In this document: piece after piece, positions 1 through 9,090 of the stretch
How the letters are laid out: each line of letters opens with the position of its first letter
How positions within the stretch are numbered: position 1 is the stretch's first letter
NCBI GenBank assembly: GCA_049518775.1
Contig: JBEKRL010000004.1
Coordinates: 4,968 to 68,967 of the forward strand
Length of the DNA: 64,000 nt
Source: Candidatus Dormibacteria bacterium
GTDB lineage: Bacteria; Chloroflexota; Dormibacteria; Aeolococcales; Bog-877
Direction of reading: 5' to 3'
Translations under genes and position numbers: made by a program
Notes under the pieces: model-generated
The model's database searches: none
Seen by the model: the letters and a program-made list of their open reading frames with translations, nothing else
Told to the model about the DNA's origin: nothing

Positions 1-1
1 C

Positions 2-685
2 CGCGTGGCGGTGGCCGAGGCCCCGATTCGGAAGGTCCGGGTGGTGGGTGCTCTCCACCCGCTGCGGATCACCGGTGACGCCGAGGTGCGCGAGGCGGTG
101 GTGAGTGGCCCACACGAGGCTCACAGGGAGGGCGACACCCTGGTGGTGAGGAGCTCGGCGCTGGGGGACGAGGACTCCGGCTTCTCCTTCCGCTGGCCGG
201 GCCGGGCCGGGCCCCACAACTTCGGCGGAGGCCACCCTGAGCGGGCATTCCGCCCGCTCCAGATAAGGATGAACCCCGAGCTGGCTCTTGAGGTGGAGAT
301 GGCCGCCGGTTTGCTCTCGGTCCAGGGGGTCAAGGGACCGATCAAAGCTGAGATCCAGGCCGGGAGCGCCAAGCTGGAGGGATTCGCCAGTCCATTCGAC
401 ATCAAGGTCACCTGGGGCACCGTGTCCGCCACCGGGCTGCTCACGGACGGCGAGTCCCGGGTGCAGTGTGAGGCCGGCACGGTCAAGGTGGGGCTGGAGA
501 AGGGATCCAGCGTCAAGGTCGTGGCACGCAGCGTGCTGGGCCGGATCACCCTGCCCGGGGAGGTCGCCGGGATCGCCGAGGGCTGGACCATGGGCGGCGG
601 GGATCGTGAGGCCACGGTGGGCTCGGGCCAGGGCAAGCTGGACGTGGAAACCACCACCGGCGCGGTCTGGGTGGAGGAGCTCTGA
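2..685 (+). CDS. DUF4097-like putative adhesin/beta-strand repeat protein (5' end probably outside window)
   Basis: ORF open to window start; Gly/Val/Thr-rich repeated beta-strand segments (VKV..GxVxV) typical of DUF4097/LiaG-like C-terminal domains; followed 3 nt later by DUF2089 gene (common pairing). Confidence 0.5.
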   Translation, partial: RVAVAEAPIRKVRVVGALHPLRITGDAEVREAVVSGPHEAHREGDTLVVRSSALGDEDSGFSFRWPGRAGPHNFGGGHPERAFRPLQIRMNPELALEVEMAAGLLSVQGVKGPIKAEIQAGSAKLEGFASPFDIKVTWGTVSATGLLTDGESRVQCEAGTVKVGLEKGSSVKVVARSVLGRITLPGEVAGIAEGWTMGGGDREATVGSGQGKLDVETTTGAVWVEEL

Positions 686-687
686 GC

Positions 688-1053
688 GTGGCGGGGCACC
701 ATGCCCCCGGAACCTGTCCGGTGTGTGGTGAGCACCTCCAGCTCACCAGGCTCTCCTGTCCGGACTGCGGCACGGAGCTGGCGGGGGACTTTGAGAGCTG
801 CGAGTTCTGTGCCCTCGGCGGCTCCGACCGTGAGCTGCTCAAGCTATTCCTTGGCTCCAGGGGCAACCTGAAGGCAATGGAGCGTCAGCTGGGGTTGAGC
901 TATCCCACGGTGCGCTCGCGGTTCGAGCAAGTGCTGGCCCGCCTGGGTCTGGAGCCGCGCGAGCCCCAACCCGAGTCGCCTCTGGAGGTCCTCCAAGCGC
1001 TGGCCAGAGGTGAGGTGGAGTTGGAACAGGCTCAGGCCAAGCTGCTCGGCTAG
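688..1053 (+). CDS. DUF2089 family protein (N-terminal zinc ribbon CPVCG..CPDCG + HTH-like C-terminus)
   Basis: GTG start immediately after upstream stop; two CxxC pairs (CPVCGEH..CPDCGTE) then helix-rich segment LGLSYPTVRSRFEQVL typical of DUF2089. Confidence 0.6.
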   Translation: MAGHHAPGTCPVCGEHLQLTRLSCPDCGTELAGDFESCEFCALGGSDRELLKLFLGSRGNLKAMERQLGLSYPTVRSRFEQVLARLGLEPREPQPESPLEVLQALARGEVELEQAQAKLLG

Positions 1054-1171
1054 GGTTCTCCCGGCCGAGCCGCGGCCCGCGACGGAGGCGTCGCTGGCCC
1101 TGACGTCGCTCTGGCGCGTGCCTGTGACCTGCCCCCGGCACCGAGGGCTCCCCCGGTGGGACCGGCCCACC

Positions 1172-1627
1172 TCAAGCCCCCCTGGGCCCGCATCTGGGCG
1201 GCAGAGGAGCCTGGGCCCAGGCCTTGGCCTTCACATCCATCACCGCCGGGGCGACGGCGTCGGCCAGCTCCCTCGTGGTGGCGATGCGCACCGCCGGCCA
1301 CCAGCTGAGGTCCCTGCCAAGTTCAGGTAGCTCCCCCAGCCGCTGCTTGGCCTCGCGGTCCGCCTGAGGCTCAGCGGGCCGGTCCGGTGGCGGAGGTGGT
1401 GGTCGCGGTCGGGCCGTTGCCGAGGATGGCGCCAGGCCCGCCCTGATCTCGTCAGGGCCCGAGGAGGCCGCCTTCCGCCGAACGTCGGGCCGTCTCCTCG
1501 GGCTTGCTCCGGCGACCTGGCTGCCGGGAGGGCCGAACCGGCCTGGTGCACCGCTCGGCGGCGGGCCAGGCTGTCCCCCGGGACGGCGGGAGGGGATCAC
1601 AAGACTGCTGGGAAGGACCGCTCCCAA
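1172..1627 (-). CDS. hypothetical Pro-rich protein (weak call)
   Basis: ORF 45 bp downstream of MarR on same strand; C-terminal 60 aa have protein-like composition and codon position GC pattern (pos1>pos2, GC3 ~97%); N-terminal half is low-complexity Pro/Arg-rich. Confidence 0.25.
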   Translation of the reverse strand: MGAVLPSSLVIPSRRPGGQPGPPPSGAPGRFGPPGSQVAGASPRRRPDVRRKAASSGPDEIRAGLAPSSATARPRPPPPPPDRPAEPQADREAKQRLGELPELGRDLSWWPAVRIATTRELADAVAPAVMDVKAKAWAQAPLPPRCGPRGA

Positions 1628-1672
1628 CCCTTGGCCACCGAGATGCCACTGGGCAGCCGGACTTCCGCTCGC

Positions 1673-2224
1673 TCAGGCGCCGAGTGCTCCCGAACCGGAG
1701 GAGGGCGGTTCAGCACCGCGGTCGGGGAGCGCCGAGCCACAGCCTGGCGGCATCGCGGCCGCCACCTGCTCGAGGGCCAGCCGCAGCGCCTCGACCTGCT
1801 CGTCCTGGAGCGGCTTGGCGAAGTGGGAGTGCACGGAGCTGAGGTGAGAGGGCGCCGCCTCCTCGAGCCGCCGGCGCCCCTCGTCGGTGATCACCGCGAA
1901 GAAACCCCTGGCGTCGCTGGGGCAGGCCTCTCGGCGGACCAGCCCGCCAGTCTCGAGTCGCTCGACCAGTCTGGTCAGACCGCTGCGGCTGAGCAGGACC
2001 CGGTCGGCCAACTGCGACATTCGCAGAGCTCCTCCGTCGGCTTCCTGGAGCTGGACCAGCACGTCGTACTCGGCGAGCGGCAGGCGGTGGGCCGCCAGCA
2101 GCTCCCGCTCCAGGGCCCTGGTGACCACGGTGTGGGCCCTGAGGAAGGCCCGCCAGGCCTTCAGCTGGCTGGCCGAAAGCGGTCCTTCCTCGGCTGACGC
2201 CTGGGCAGATGGTTGCACTGGCAA
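1673..2224 (-). CDS. MarR family transcriptional regulator
   Basis: winged-helix MarR signature (LAEYDVLVQL..G..LRMSQLADRVLLSRSGLTRLVERLE..GLV R); TTG start; divergent from YceI gene. Confidence 0.75.
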   Translation of the reverse strand: MPVQPSAQASAEEGPLSASQLKAWRAFLRAHTVVTRALERELLAAHRLPLAEYDVLVQLQEADGGALRMSQLADRVLLSRSGLTRLVERLETGGLVRREACPSDARGFFAVITDEGRRRLEEAAPSHLSSVHSHFAKPLQDEQVEALRLALEQVAAAMPPGCGSALPDRGAEPPSSGSGALGA

Positions 2225-2240
2225 GTACCCGTGTTATATG

Positions 2241-2271
2241 ATTGCTCACGCAATTATCGCGCATCTGCGCA
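2241..2271. promoter_or_regulatory. candidate MarR operator in MarR/YceI divergent intergenic region
   Basis: perfect palindrome ATTGC-TCAC-GCAAT (2241-2254) followed by GCGCAT-CT-GCGCAT repeat containing self-complementary TGCGCA hexamers, in the 72-bp gap between divergent starts. Confidence 0.3.
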
Positions 2272-2296
2272 TCGCCGCGAACAGGGAGGGCTCTTC

Positions 2297-2839
2297 ATGA
2301 GCTGGAAACTGGACAATGCCCACACCTCGATCGAGTTTTCCGCCCGCCACATGATGGTGAGCACCGTCCGAGGAAATTTCACCGAGTTCTCAGGCGAGAT
2401 CGAGCTCGACCCCGACGACCTCGCCAAGGGTCGCGCCACCGCCACCATGAAGGCGGCCAGCATCGAGACCCGCGAGGGGGCTCGGGACACGCACCTGCGC
2501 TCCGCCGACTTCTTCGATGTGGAGAAGTACCCGGAGATCACCTATCGCAGCACCCAGGTGGAGAGCCGCGGCGGTAACCACTATCGGGTCGTGGGGGATC
2601 TGACCATCAAGGACGTCACCCGTCCGGTGCAGCTGGACGTGGACTTCCTAGGCGTGGAGCACAGCCCCTACGGGTTCAGGGTGGCCGGCTTCGAGGCCAC
2701 CGGCAAGATCAGCCGCAAGGACTTCGGCCTCACCTGGAACGTCGCCCTCGAGACCGGTGGCTTTATGGTCGGCGATGAGATCAAGATCCGGATCGACGCC
2801 GAGGTAGACGAGGTGGCCGAGGCCGCCGCATCCGCCTGA
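2297..2839 (+). CDS. YceI family protein (polyisoprenoid-binding lipocalin-like)
   Basis: ATG at 2297 preceded by AGGGAGGG RBS; YceI-like motifs (W..D..HS.I.F...H.MVS.VRG.F..F.G). Confidence 0.8.
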   Translation: MSWKLDNAHTSIEFSARHMMVSTVRGNFTEFSGEIELDPDDLAKGRATATMKAASIETREGARDTHLRSADFFDVEKYPEITYRSTQVESRGGNHYRVVGDLTIKDVTRPVQLDVDFLGVEHSPYGFRVAGFEATGKISRKDFGLTWNVALETGGFMVGDEIKIRIDAEVDEVAEAAASA

Positions 2840-2845
2840 CCCGAA

Positions 2846-3433
2846 TCAACCCTGCCTGCCGGCGGGCTGGAGTGCATCCTGCGCACCAGCCCGCCGGCTG
2901 CTGGGCCGCCCCCGGCTGGATCGCCGCTCGCTGGCCCGATCGGCCTCGTCCGCGGCGCTGACCTCCTCGAAGGTGGCGCCGGGAGCGAGCCGCTCCGAGC
3001 AGAGGGTTCCCTGGAGGTGGTCGGATTCGTGCTGAACGATCCTCGCCAGCCACCCCTCGAAATCCCGCTGCACTCCCTTGCCCTGGACGTTGCGGTAGCG
3101 GACCGTGACCTGCTCCGCCCGGCGCACCAGCCCGCTGCGGTTGGGCATGGAGAGGCAACCCTCATTGGCGTCCACCTCGCCCCGGGCCGAGACCACCTCG
3201 GGGTTGCAGATCGCGAACCGCCGGCCCTCGTAGATGATCACCGCGACCTGGAGGTTGAGCCCCACCTGAGGCGCCGCCAAGCCCACTCCGTTCCACTCCT
3301 CGCAGCGGACGTACATCTCGTCGACAAGCCGACGGAGGGCGCTACCAAAGGTCCTCGCCGGAGCGCCCCGGTGGTGGAGGACGGCAGCTGGGTCAAGTAC
3401 CAGCCGCAAGGGGGGTTTGGAGCTCACGGTCAC
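2846..3433 (-). CDS. def: peptide deformylase
   Basis: three deformylase motifs: GVGLAAPQVG, EGCLS, QHESDHLQG; inferred GTG start at 3433 overlapping upstream stop (GTGA); long upstream ORF extension is Pro/Arg-rich and judged non-coding. Confidence 0.85.
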   Translation of the reverse strand: MTVSSKPPLRLVLDPAAVLHHRGAPARTFGSALRRLVDEMYVRCEEWNGVGLAAPQVGLNLQVAVIIYEGRRFAICNPEVVSARGEVDANEGCLSMPNRSGLVRRAEQVTVRYRNVQGKGVQRDFEGWLARIVQHESDHLQGTLCSERLAPGATFEEVSAADEADRASERRSSRGRPSSRRAGAQDALQPAGRQG

Positions 3434-4131
3434 ATCTTCGCAGGAGCCAGATCGGGACCGCCGAGGAGGCGGGCGGCTGCGTCCCGGTCGGTCCCGGACA
3501 GCCCCGGCAGCTCGGAGATCGATATCAGCCGGGCCCCGTTCACACCAGAGCCGAACACCAGGTGGCAGGCATTCAGCGCCGCCAGCTCCTCGGGGCCGGG
3601 CGGGCAGACTGCCACCACCCCCCGAACCAGCCCCCAGCCGCCGGTCAGGCGCAGGCCGAGACCGGCCAGCTTGCGGCCCTCGACGGACAGGTCGCTGAAG
3701 CCCGGGCACCAGGCACCGTCCACCTGTCCCTGGCTCAACCGCACCCTGGAAGGGCGAAGCCGCTCTTCGAGGAAAGCGCGCAGCGAGTGGGTGAGACGGT
3801 CCAGTGGCCGAGGGCAGGGTTGAGGCATTCGGGCGACTGCCAGGAACCCGAGCCAGTTCTCGCCGCCGGGGCCGACCGTGCCGGCGATCGGACTGGTCCG
3901 GACTTCTCCGATCTCGCGGATCCGCCGAATCTGGGCCACCAGCTCGGGCTTGCGAGTGAGGCTGCTGCCCAGGGTGACCCCCGGGCGGCTCACCAAAAGC
4001 AGAAGGGAGATCTCCCCGGCCGCCGCGGTGAGGCCCGCCCGGGGCTGGGCTTGGACCACCGGGTCCTCCTCGTGGGCGAGCCCCACCACCTGGACCGGCC
4101 AGATGGGCGGCTCGGCATTGACCGGGCTCAA
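3430..4131 (-). CDS. lipB: lipoyl(octanoyl) transferase-like BPL/LPL catalytic domain protein
   Basis: LipB-like motifs LLLLVSRPGVTLG (cf. WLLEHPPVYTLG) and GRKLAGLGLRL...VAVC (cf. GRKIAAIGVRV...ALNC); start uncertain (TTG 4131 chosen by N-terminal length comparison; ORF open to 4275); stop overlaps def start. Confidence 0.5.
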   Translation of the reverse strand: MSPVNAEPPIWPVQVVGLAHEEDPVVQAQPRAGLTAAAGEISLLLLVSRPGVTLGSSLTRKPELVAQIRRIREIGEVRTSPIAGTVGPGGENWLGFLAVARMPQPCPRPLDRLTHSLRAFLEERLRPSRVRLSQGQVDGAWCPGFSDLSVEGRKLAGLGLRLTGGWGLVRGVVAVCPPGPEELAALNACHLVFGSGVNGARLISISELPGLSGTDRDAAARLLGGPDLAPAKM

Positions 4132-4760
4132 CTGGGGCCGAAGGCGCCGGGTCGGAGGGAGCCTCGGGGCCGGCCAGGCCAGCGACCCACCCTCGCCAGC
4201 AGCCCGTTCAAGTCCCGAGTCCCCCGCCTGCGATCGGCGACTTGCCTGGGCTGGTCGCACCGGGCCCGCGACCACTCGCTGCCCGTCATCCGGCGTCCCG
4301 CCACCAGTCGGATGCTCGACCGGTCGGCCACGTGACGTGAGCGCTGGAGCCAGCCGGAGGTCCGGCAGGCTCCGAGGACCCCCCAGGGGACGCTGGGGAC
4401 ATCTGCGGCGAGGTCCGAGACCGGCTCATCGGAGCTAGGGCACCGAGGCACCCGTTCGCCTCAGGCACTGACCGGACGGGCTGGGACATGGCTTGAGGAT
4501 ATCCGCTGGGGTCGGAGCGGTGCCCCGAGGGACACCATCAACCGCTCGCCCGGCTCGACCAGTTCTCGAAGTGGGACCTCGTCTGCGCGACCCCTCGGGG
4601 CGCCGTCCATCGCGCCGGTGGGGAGGAGGCTGGTCACCGCATTGCGGGCTGTGGCTACGGTCCCCCTGGCCGGGGGCCTCGGTGAAGCGCGACTCCCTCC
4701 AGCCCCGGCTCCATTGAGACCCCATGCTCGGGCCGGGCGGCGGCGGGCACAGGTTCGGGA

Positions 4761-4790
4761 GCGGCTCGGTGCGGCTCGGTGCGGCTCGCA
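4761..4790. repeat. short tandem repeat (GCGGCTCGGT x ~2.8)
   Basis: direct reading of sequence 4761-4790 in non-coding region upstream of the GGDEF gene. Confidence 0.4.
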
Positions 4791-4939
4791 ACGCTGCCGC
4801 ACCGGGTTTGCTCTGAGCTCCGCCTGTCGGACGCGCCCGGTGGGGGCTCCGCAAGTACCTCTGCCTCGGTCAAATTCAATTGCACAACCGTCACTTCACC
4901 GTCGCTTGGCTCGGAGCTGCCCGATGGCAAGATCTCGCC

Positions 4940-6898
4940 ATGGCGGCGATGGTGCGGGATCAGGGCGAGGTGGCCGTGTGGCCGGACGCGCAGGAGGTCA
5001 CGCCGCGCCGGACGGCCAGAAATCGGAGGACCGATTCTCCGACCGCGGCCGAGCTCGCCATCCGAGACCTGCTTCGGCCCAATGCCATCCGCCTCATGGT
5101 TCAACCTTTCAACCGCCTTTGCGACAAGGCCATTCTGGGTTATGAGATCCGCTGGCGAATCCCCCGGTTGGACGTCCTGCCGTCGCGCGAGGAGATCTGG
5201 GCCGCGGCCGAGGCTGCCGGCCTGCTGAGCACTCTGGACGACACCCTGCTCCGGGCCGAGCTGGAGGTGGCCGCTCGGCTGAGCCCCGGGGCGGTGACGT
5301 TGGAGCTGCATCCCTGGCGCTGGCATCGGCGGGGGGTCGTCGGGCTGCTCTCGAGGGAGGTCAAAGCGAGCGGGGTCGACCCCGGTGGGATCGTCTGGCA
5401 ACTGTTGGAGCAGGAGCACCTTGAGAGCGGCGTCATCTACGACATGTCCGCCCAGCTCCACGGGCGAGGCTTCAAGGTGGCGCTGGCCGGGCTGGGAGCC
5501 GTCCGGTCCCGGCTCTCGGACGCCGGCAAGGTCGAGCCTGACGTCATCCAGATGGCCCCGATCATGATCGAAGGAGTGGACCAGGACCGGGGTCAGCGTG
5601 CCATGGTCTCGGCTCTGGTCGGGTTCGCGCGCCAGATGGGCGCCTATCTTATTGCGGACGGGATCGCCGAGAAAGCGGAGCTCTCCACCCTCATCGACCT
5701 TGGGGTCCAGTTCGGCGATGGGCCCCTCCTCGGGGCCCCCTTCGACGCTGCTGGCGAGCTCCAGCCGCCCGGGCGGCTGCCGCTGCTCTCGCTTGACTCC
5801 CCGCCTCCCGTCGACGGTGACAAGCCGTCCAGTCAGGGGGCCGTCGCCAACTCCCGCCGCCGGGTCCGGAGCGTCCCCCTCCATTTCCAGCAGCTCGGAG
5901 TCGCCGAGGTCCTGACCCAGGCCGGCAGGGCCTTTCAGGCCGAGCACGATCTCCGCGCGATCGTTGAGCTGGCGGCCGACTATCTGGACCAGCTGGTCCC
6001 CTCGGACGGGATCGCCGTATATGAGGCGGACTGGGACTCGGGTCAGTTCCGGCCGATCCTGGCCCGCTCTTCCAAGGACCCCACCTATGCGGTGGGGGTG
6101 ATGGCTCACCCCTTCAGGTTCGGCATGGGACTCACCGGTTGGGCCTTCGACCAGGGGACGCCTCAGCGAGTCAATGACGCCGAGGCCCATCCGGCCGCAG
6201 GCCACCTCCCCGGCACCGCCCCGCAGGACGAGTCGATGCTGCTGCTGCCGCTCACCTCCGGCGACCACCGGCTGGGGATGCTGGACGTGGTCCGCTTCCG
6301 CCGCGACGCCTTCGTCGCCAACGAACTCATCGTGGGCGGACTGGTTGCCTACATGGCAGCCGCCGCCTGGTACAACGCCCAGCTCTATGTCGAGCAGGTG
6401 CAGCACGCCATCACCGATCCCCTCACCGGGTTGTTCAACACCAGGTGGCTCCAGGACGCCGACGGCCGGGAGTTGGCCATGGCCGAGCGCAACGGTACCG
6501 AGATGGCCCTCCTGATGATCGACCTCGATGACTTCAAGCAGATCAACGACAGCTGCGGCCACGCCGTCGGCGACGATATCCTGCACAGCGTCGGCCGGGT
6601 CCTCCAGGGGGCGATCAGGACCGACGATGCCGCGGTCCGCTGCGGGGGAGACGAGTTCGTCCTGGTCCTCCGGGGTTCCAGCCGGGAGGGGTCTCGGCGG
6701 ATCGCCCGCGAAGTCCGCAAGGGGCTTGCCGAGATCGCGCTTCCGGCTGCGAGCACCCTGCCTGTCGTCACCGCCTCGATAGGGATTGCCTATTTCCCCA
6801 GGCACGGTCGCACCATCGGCCAGCTGCTGGGGGTGGCGGATGGCGCCATGTACAGCGCCAAGCGCAGGGGCAAGGACCGAGTCCTGGCGGCCCGCTAG
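4940..6898 (+). CDS. c-di-GMP signalling protein, degenerate EAL - GAF - GGDEF (diguanylate cyclase with I-site)
   Basis: C-terminal GGDEF domain with intact RCGGDEF and RTDD I-site 5 aa upstream; central GAF-like region; N-terminal EAL-like domain with EAL->EIR and loss of DDFGTG/EGVE/KID motifs; ATG 4940 chosen (ORF open from TTG 4880); long antisense ORF 4655-6805 rejected. Confidence 0.8.
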   Translation: MAAMVRDQGEVAVWPDAQEVTPRRTARNRRTDSPTAAELAIRDLLRPNAIRLMVQPFNRLCDKAILGYEIRWRIPRLDVLPSREEIWAAAEAAGLLSTLDDTLLRAELEVAARLSPGAVTLELHPWRWHRRGVVGLLSREVKASGVDPGGIVWQLLEQEHLESGVIYDMSAQLHGRGFKVALAGLGAVRSRLSDAGKVEPDVIQMAPIMIEGVDQDRGQRAMVSALVGFARQMGAYLIADGIAEKAELSTLIDLGVQFGDGPLLGAPFDAAGELQPPGRLPLLSLDSPPPVDGDKPSSQGAVANSRRRVRSVPLHFQQLGVAEVLTQAGRAFQAEHDLRAIVELAADYLDQLVPSDGIAVYEADWDSGQFRPILARSSKDPTYAVGVMAHPFRFGMGLTGWAFDQGTPQRVNDAEAHPAAGHLPGTAPQDESMLLLPLTSGDHRLGMLDVVRFRRDAFVANELIVGGLVAYMAAAAWYNAQLYVEQVQHAITDPLTGLFNTRWLQDADGRELAMAERNGTEMALLMIDLDDFKQINDSCGHAVGDDILHSVGRVLQGAIRTDDAAVRCGGDEFVLVLRGSSREGSRRIAREVRKGLAEIALPAASTLPVVTASIGIAYFPRHGRTIGQLLGVADGAMYSAKRRGKDRVLAAR

Positions 6899-7123
6899 TC
6901 TTCGCTGACGCAGGCTGCCTTCTGACTGGCGCCGGGTGGAACCCGCGCTGGACCGCGATCTCGGGCACCTTGAGGGGACCTCGTGCCGGAGGCAGCCCGG
7001 CCGCGGCTGCGAACTCGGCGCCCGCCACCCAGACTGCGGCGGCGGCCGCCAACCCGGCAGAGGTACCGGCGGTCGCTCAGCCGGCGAGGCGTCACCCCAT
7101 ACGGCACCCGCCCGGCTGGGACA

Positions 7124-8608
7124 TCAGCTCTCAACCCCCTCGATTTCGACGTCGGCTGGATGTCCGTAGAATTCCGACTTCCCGAATACCTTAGACAGCA
7201 CCACGACGACGGCAGCCAGCACCAGCGTGACCACGAAGGTCAAGATGGTCTGGGCCGTCAGCCCGTGCAAGGTCTCCACCCCAATCCAGATGAGGACCAG
7301 TGCCCCGCCTACCGGCAGCAGGAGCCCGGTCACGAAGGACACGACGCTGGTGAGCACCACGCGCCGAAGCATCCACGCTGCGGTCAGGCCGGTGAGTGCG
7401 TAGTACACGACGAACATCAACCCGATGCTGCTGACGAGGTTGGTAAGCACAGTGCCGATGGTTCCCGTCGAGGACCACAGCGAGAACAGGAACATGGCAA
7501 ACGAAGGAACTGACAGGATGATCATGGCTAGCCACGGAGTCTTCGTCCGGTTGTTCACGGCGGCGAATACCTTGGGCAGAACGCCATCGCGTCCCATGGA
7601 GAATGCGACCCGGCCGAAGGTGATTATCGTGGTCTGAATCCCGCCTATGAAACTTGAGCAGATCGCCAACGCCAGAATGTCGCCCCAGGGGTGGCCGGCA
7701 AGATGGGTTCCGACATCGGCGAGCCAGGTGCCGGAGTTGGCCCCCATCTGCTTCGGGGAGACCAGGGTCAGGTAGAACATCGAGAGAACGACGGAAGCGA
7801 GAAGGACGCCAACCAGGGCCCAGATCCCAGCCAGACCGGGGTTCCGGAACCGGTGAGTGGTCTCCTCGTTCACCACGACAGCCGTCTCCCAGCCGGAGTA
7901 CCAGAACACCGTGATCAGCAGCCCGGAGAGAAGACCGCCTGTCCCCCCAGCGCCCGCGATGGTGAACCATTGTGGGCTGGGAGCCTTGGCGCCGACGGCG
8001 TGGGTGGTGAGCCCGTGAACCATGGCCCAAACACCGAACAGGGTGAAGACCGCCAGCTCACAGCTGGTGAGGACCCACTGGAAGCGCGCTGAAATCCTGA
8101 TCCCGCTCACCACCAGAACAGTGATGGCAAGCAAGAACACGGTCCCCGTGATCATGACGATGAAGTGGTTGGAGGCGTACTTTGGGGAGAAGAGTGTGAG
8201 CAGCGTCGTCGAGGCCGGAATGATCGAGAAGGCGTTGGAGACGACGAAGGCGAGGATGATCAAAATCCCCACAAACGCCCCGAGATACGGGCTGATGATC
8301 CGACCGATCCAGGCGTAGGAGATCCCGACGTCCGGCCGCCACCGGTTCAGGTAGTAGAAGCCGAAGGCGATCCCGACGAGGGGAAGAAAGCCCACGAACA
8401 GGGCGAACAGCGCTCCGTACCCGGAGGCGCCGGCAAGTGACGCCAGGACCCCGGCCAGGCTGACCCCCGGCGCTGCGCTGGCGAACCCGAGGACGATGCC
8501 GGAGGTGGCGCCGATGGCATTCTCCCGAAGAGGGCGGTGGCGGGGCTGCTGGGCCTGGAACTCACCCCCGGGGCCGACCTCTGCTCCCTTGCTGTCCGAG
8601 ACGCCCAT
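7124..8608 (-). CDS. APC family amino acid/polyamine permease
   Basis: 12-TM hydrophobic profile with APC-like segments; ATG at 8608 with GGAGG RBS; upstream ORF extension judged non-coding. Confidence 0.8.
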   Translation of the reverse strand: MGVSDSKGAEVGPGGEFQAQQPRHRPLRENAIGATSGIVLGFASAAPGVSLAGVLASLAGASGYGALFALFVGFLPLVGIAFGFYYLNRWRPDVGISYAWIGRIISPYLGAFVGILIILAFVVSNAFSIIPASTTLLTLFSPKYASNHFIVMITGTVFLLAITVLVVSGIRISARFQWVLTSCELAVFTLFGVWAMVHGLTTHAVGAKAPSPQWFTIAGAGGTGGLLSGLLITVFWYSGWETAVVVNEETTHRFRNPGLAGIWALVGVLLASVVLSMFYLTLVSPKQMGANSGTWLADVGTHLAGHPWGDILALAICSSFIGGIQTTIITFGRVAFSMGRDGVLPKVFAAVNNRTKTPWLAMIILSVPSFAMFLFSLWSSTGTIGTVLTNLVSSIGLMFVVYYALTGLTAAWMLRRVVLTSVVSFVTGLLLPVGGALVLIWIGVETLHGLTAQTILTFVVTLVLAAVVVVLSKVFGKSEFYGHPADVEIEGVES

Positions 8609-9090
8609 GCTTCTTCCTCCCCGAGCGGTCGGCGAAATGGGAGCCATCATAGCCCCGGATGTCTGGGCAGTCAATAGACATCAGTTGACAGACAACAGCC
8701 TCTCTGAGTAGAGTCCCCCCCATGCCGTCGTCGTGGGTCAGGTCTGACTTCGGCTGGAACTGGAGAGCGGCGGGCGTCCGAGAGTCGGCCGGCGCGGGCC
8801 AAGGAGCCGCGCCGCCGCCCACGGGCGGTGCTGCCGCCGCACTCGACCGGTTGCGGAGACCGAGAGCCGAGGGACAGGGGCCACCACCTGCCGTGGCCTC
8901 TTGAGTCAGCGCGGCGCTGGGTGTCCCAGGCCGGTACGCCCGTCGCGGCGAGAAGAGCCGGGGTGCAGAACTGGGGCCGGACCGCGGCCCGGCCACGCCG
9001 GCCGCCCTGGGCCCGAGCCCAGGTGCCCCGACGGTACCGTCAAGACGCTCTCGTGATTTGGCAGTGCGACATAGACTGGAGGCATAGGAC

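Noticed and set aside
4655-6805. 716-aa minus-strand ORF overlapping the EAL-GAF-GGDEF gene
   Set aside because: Antisense shadow of a well-supported plus-strand gene; Pro/Gly/Arg-rich low-complexity translation with no domain signatures.
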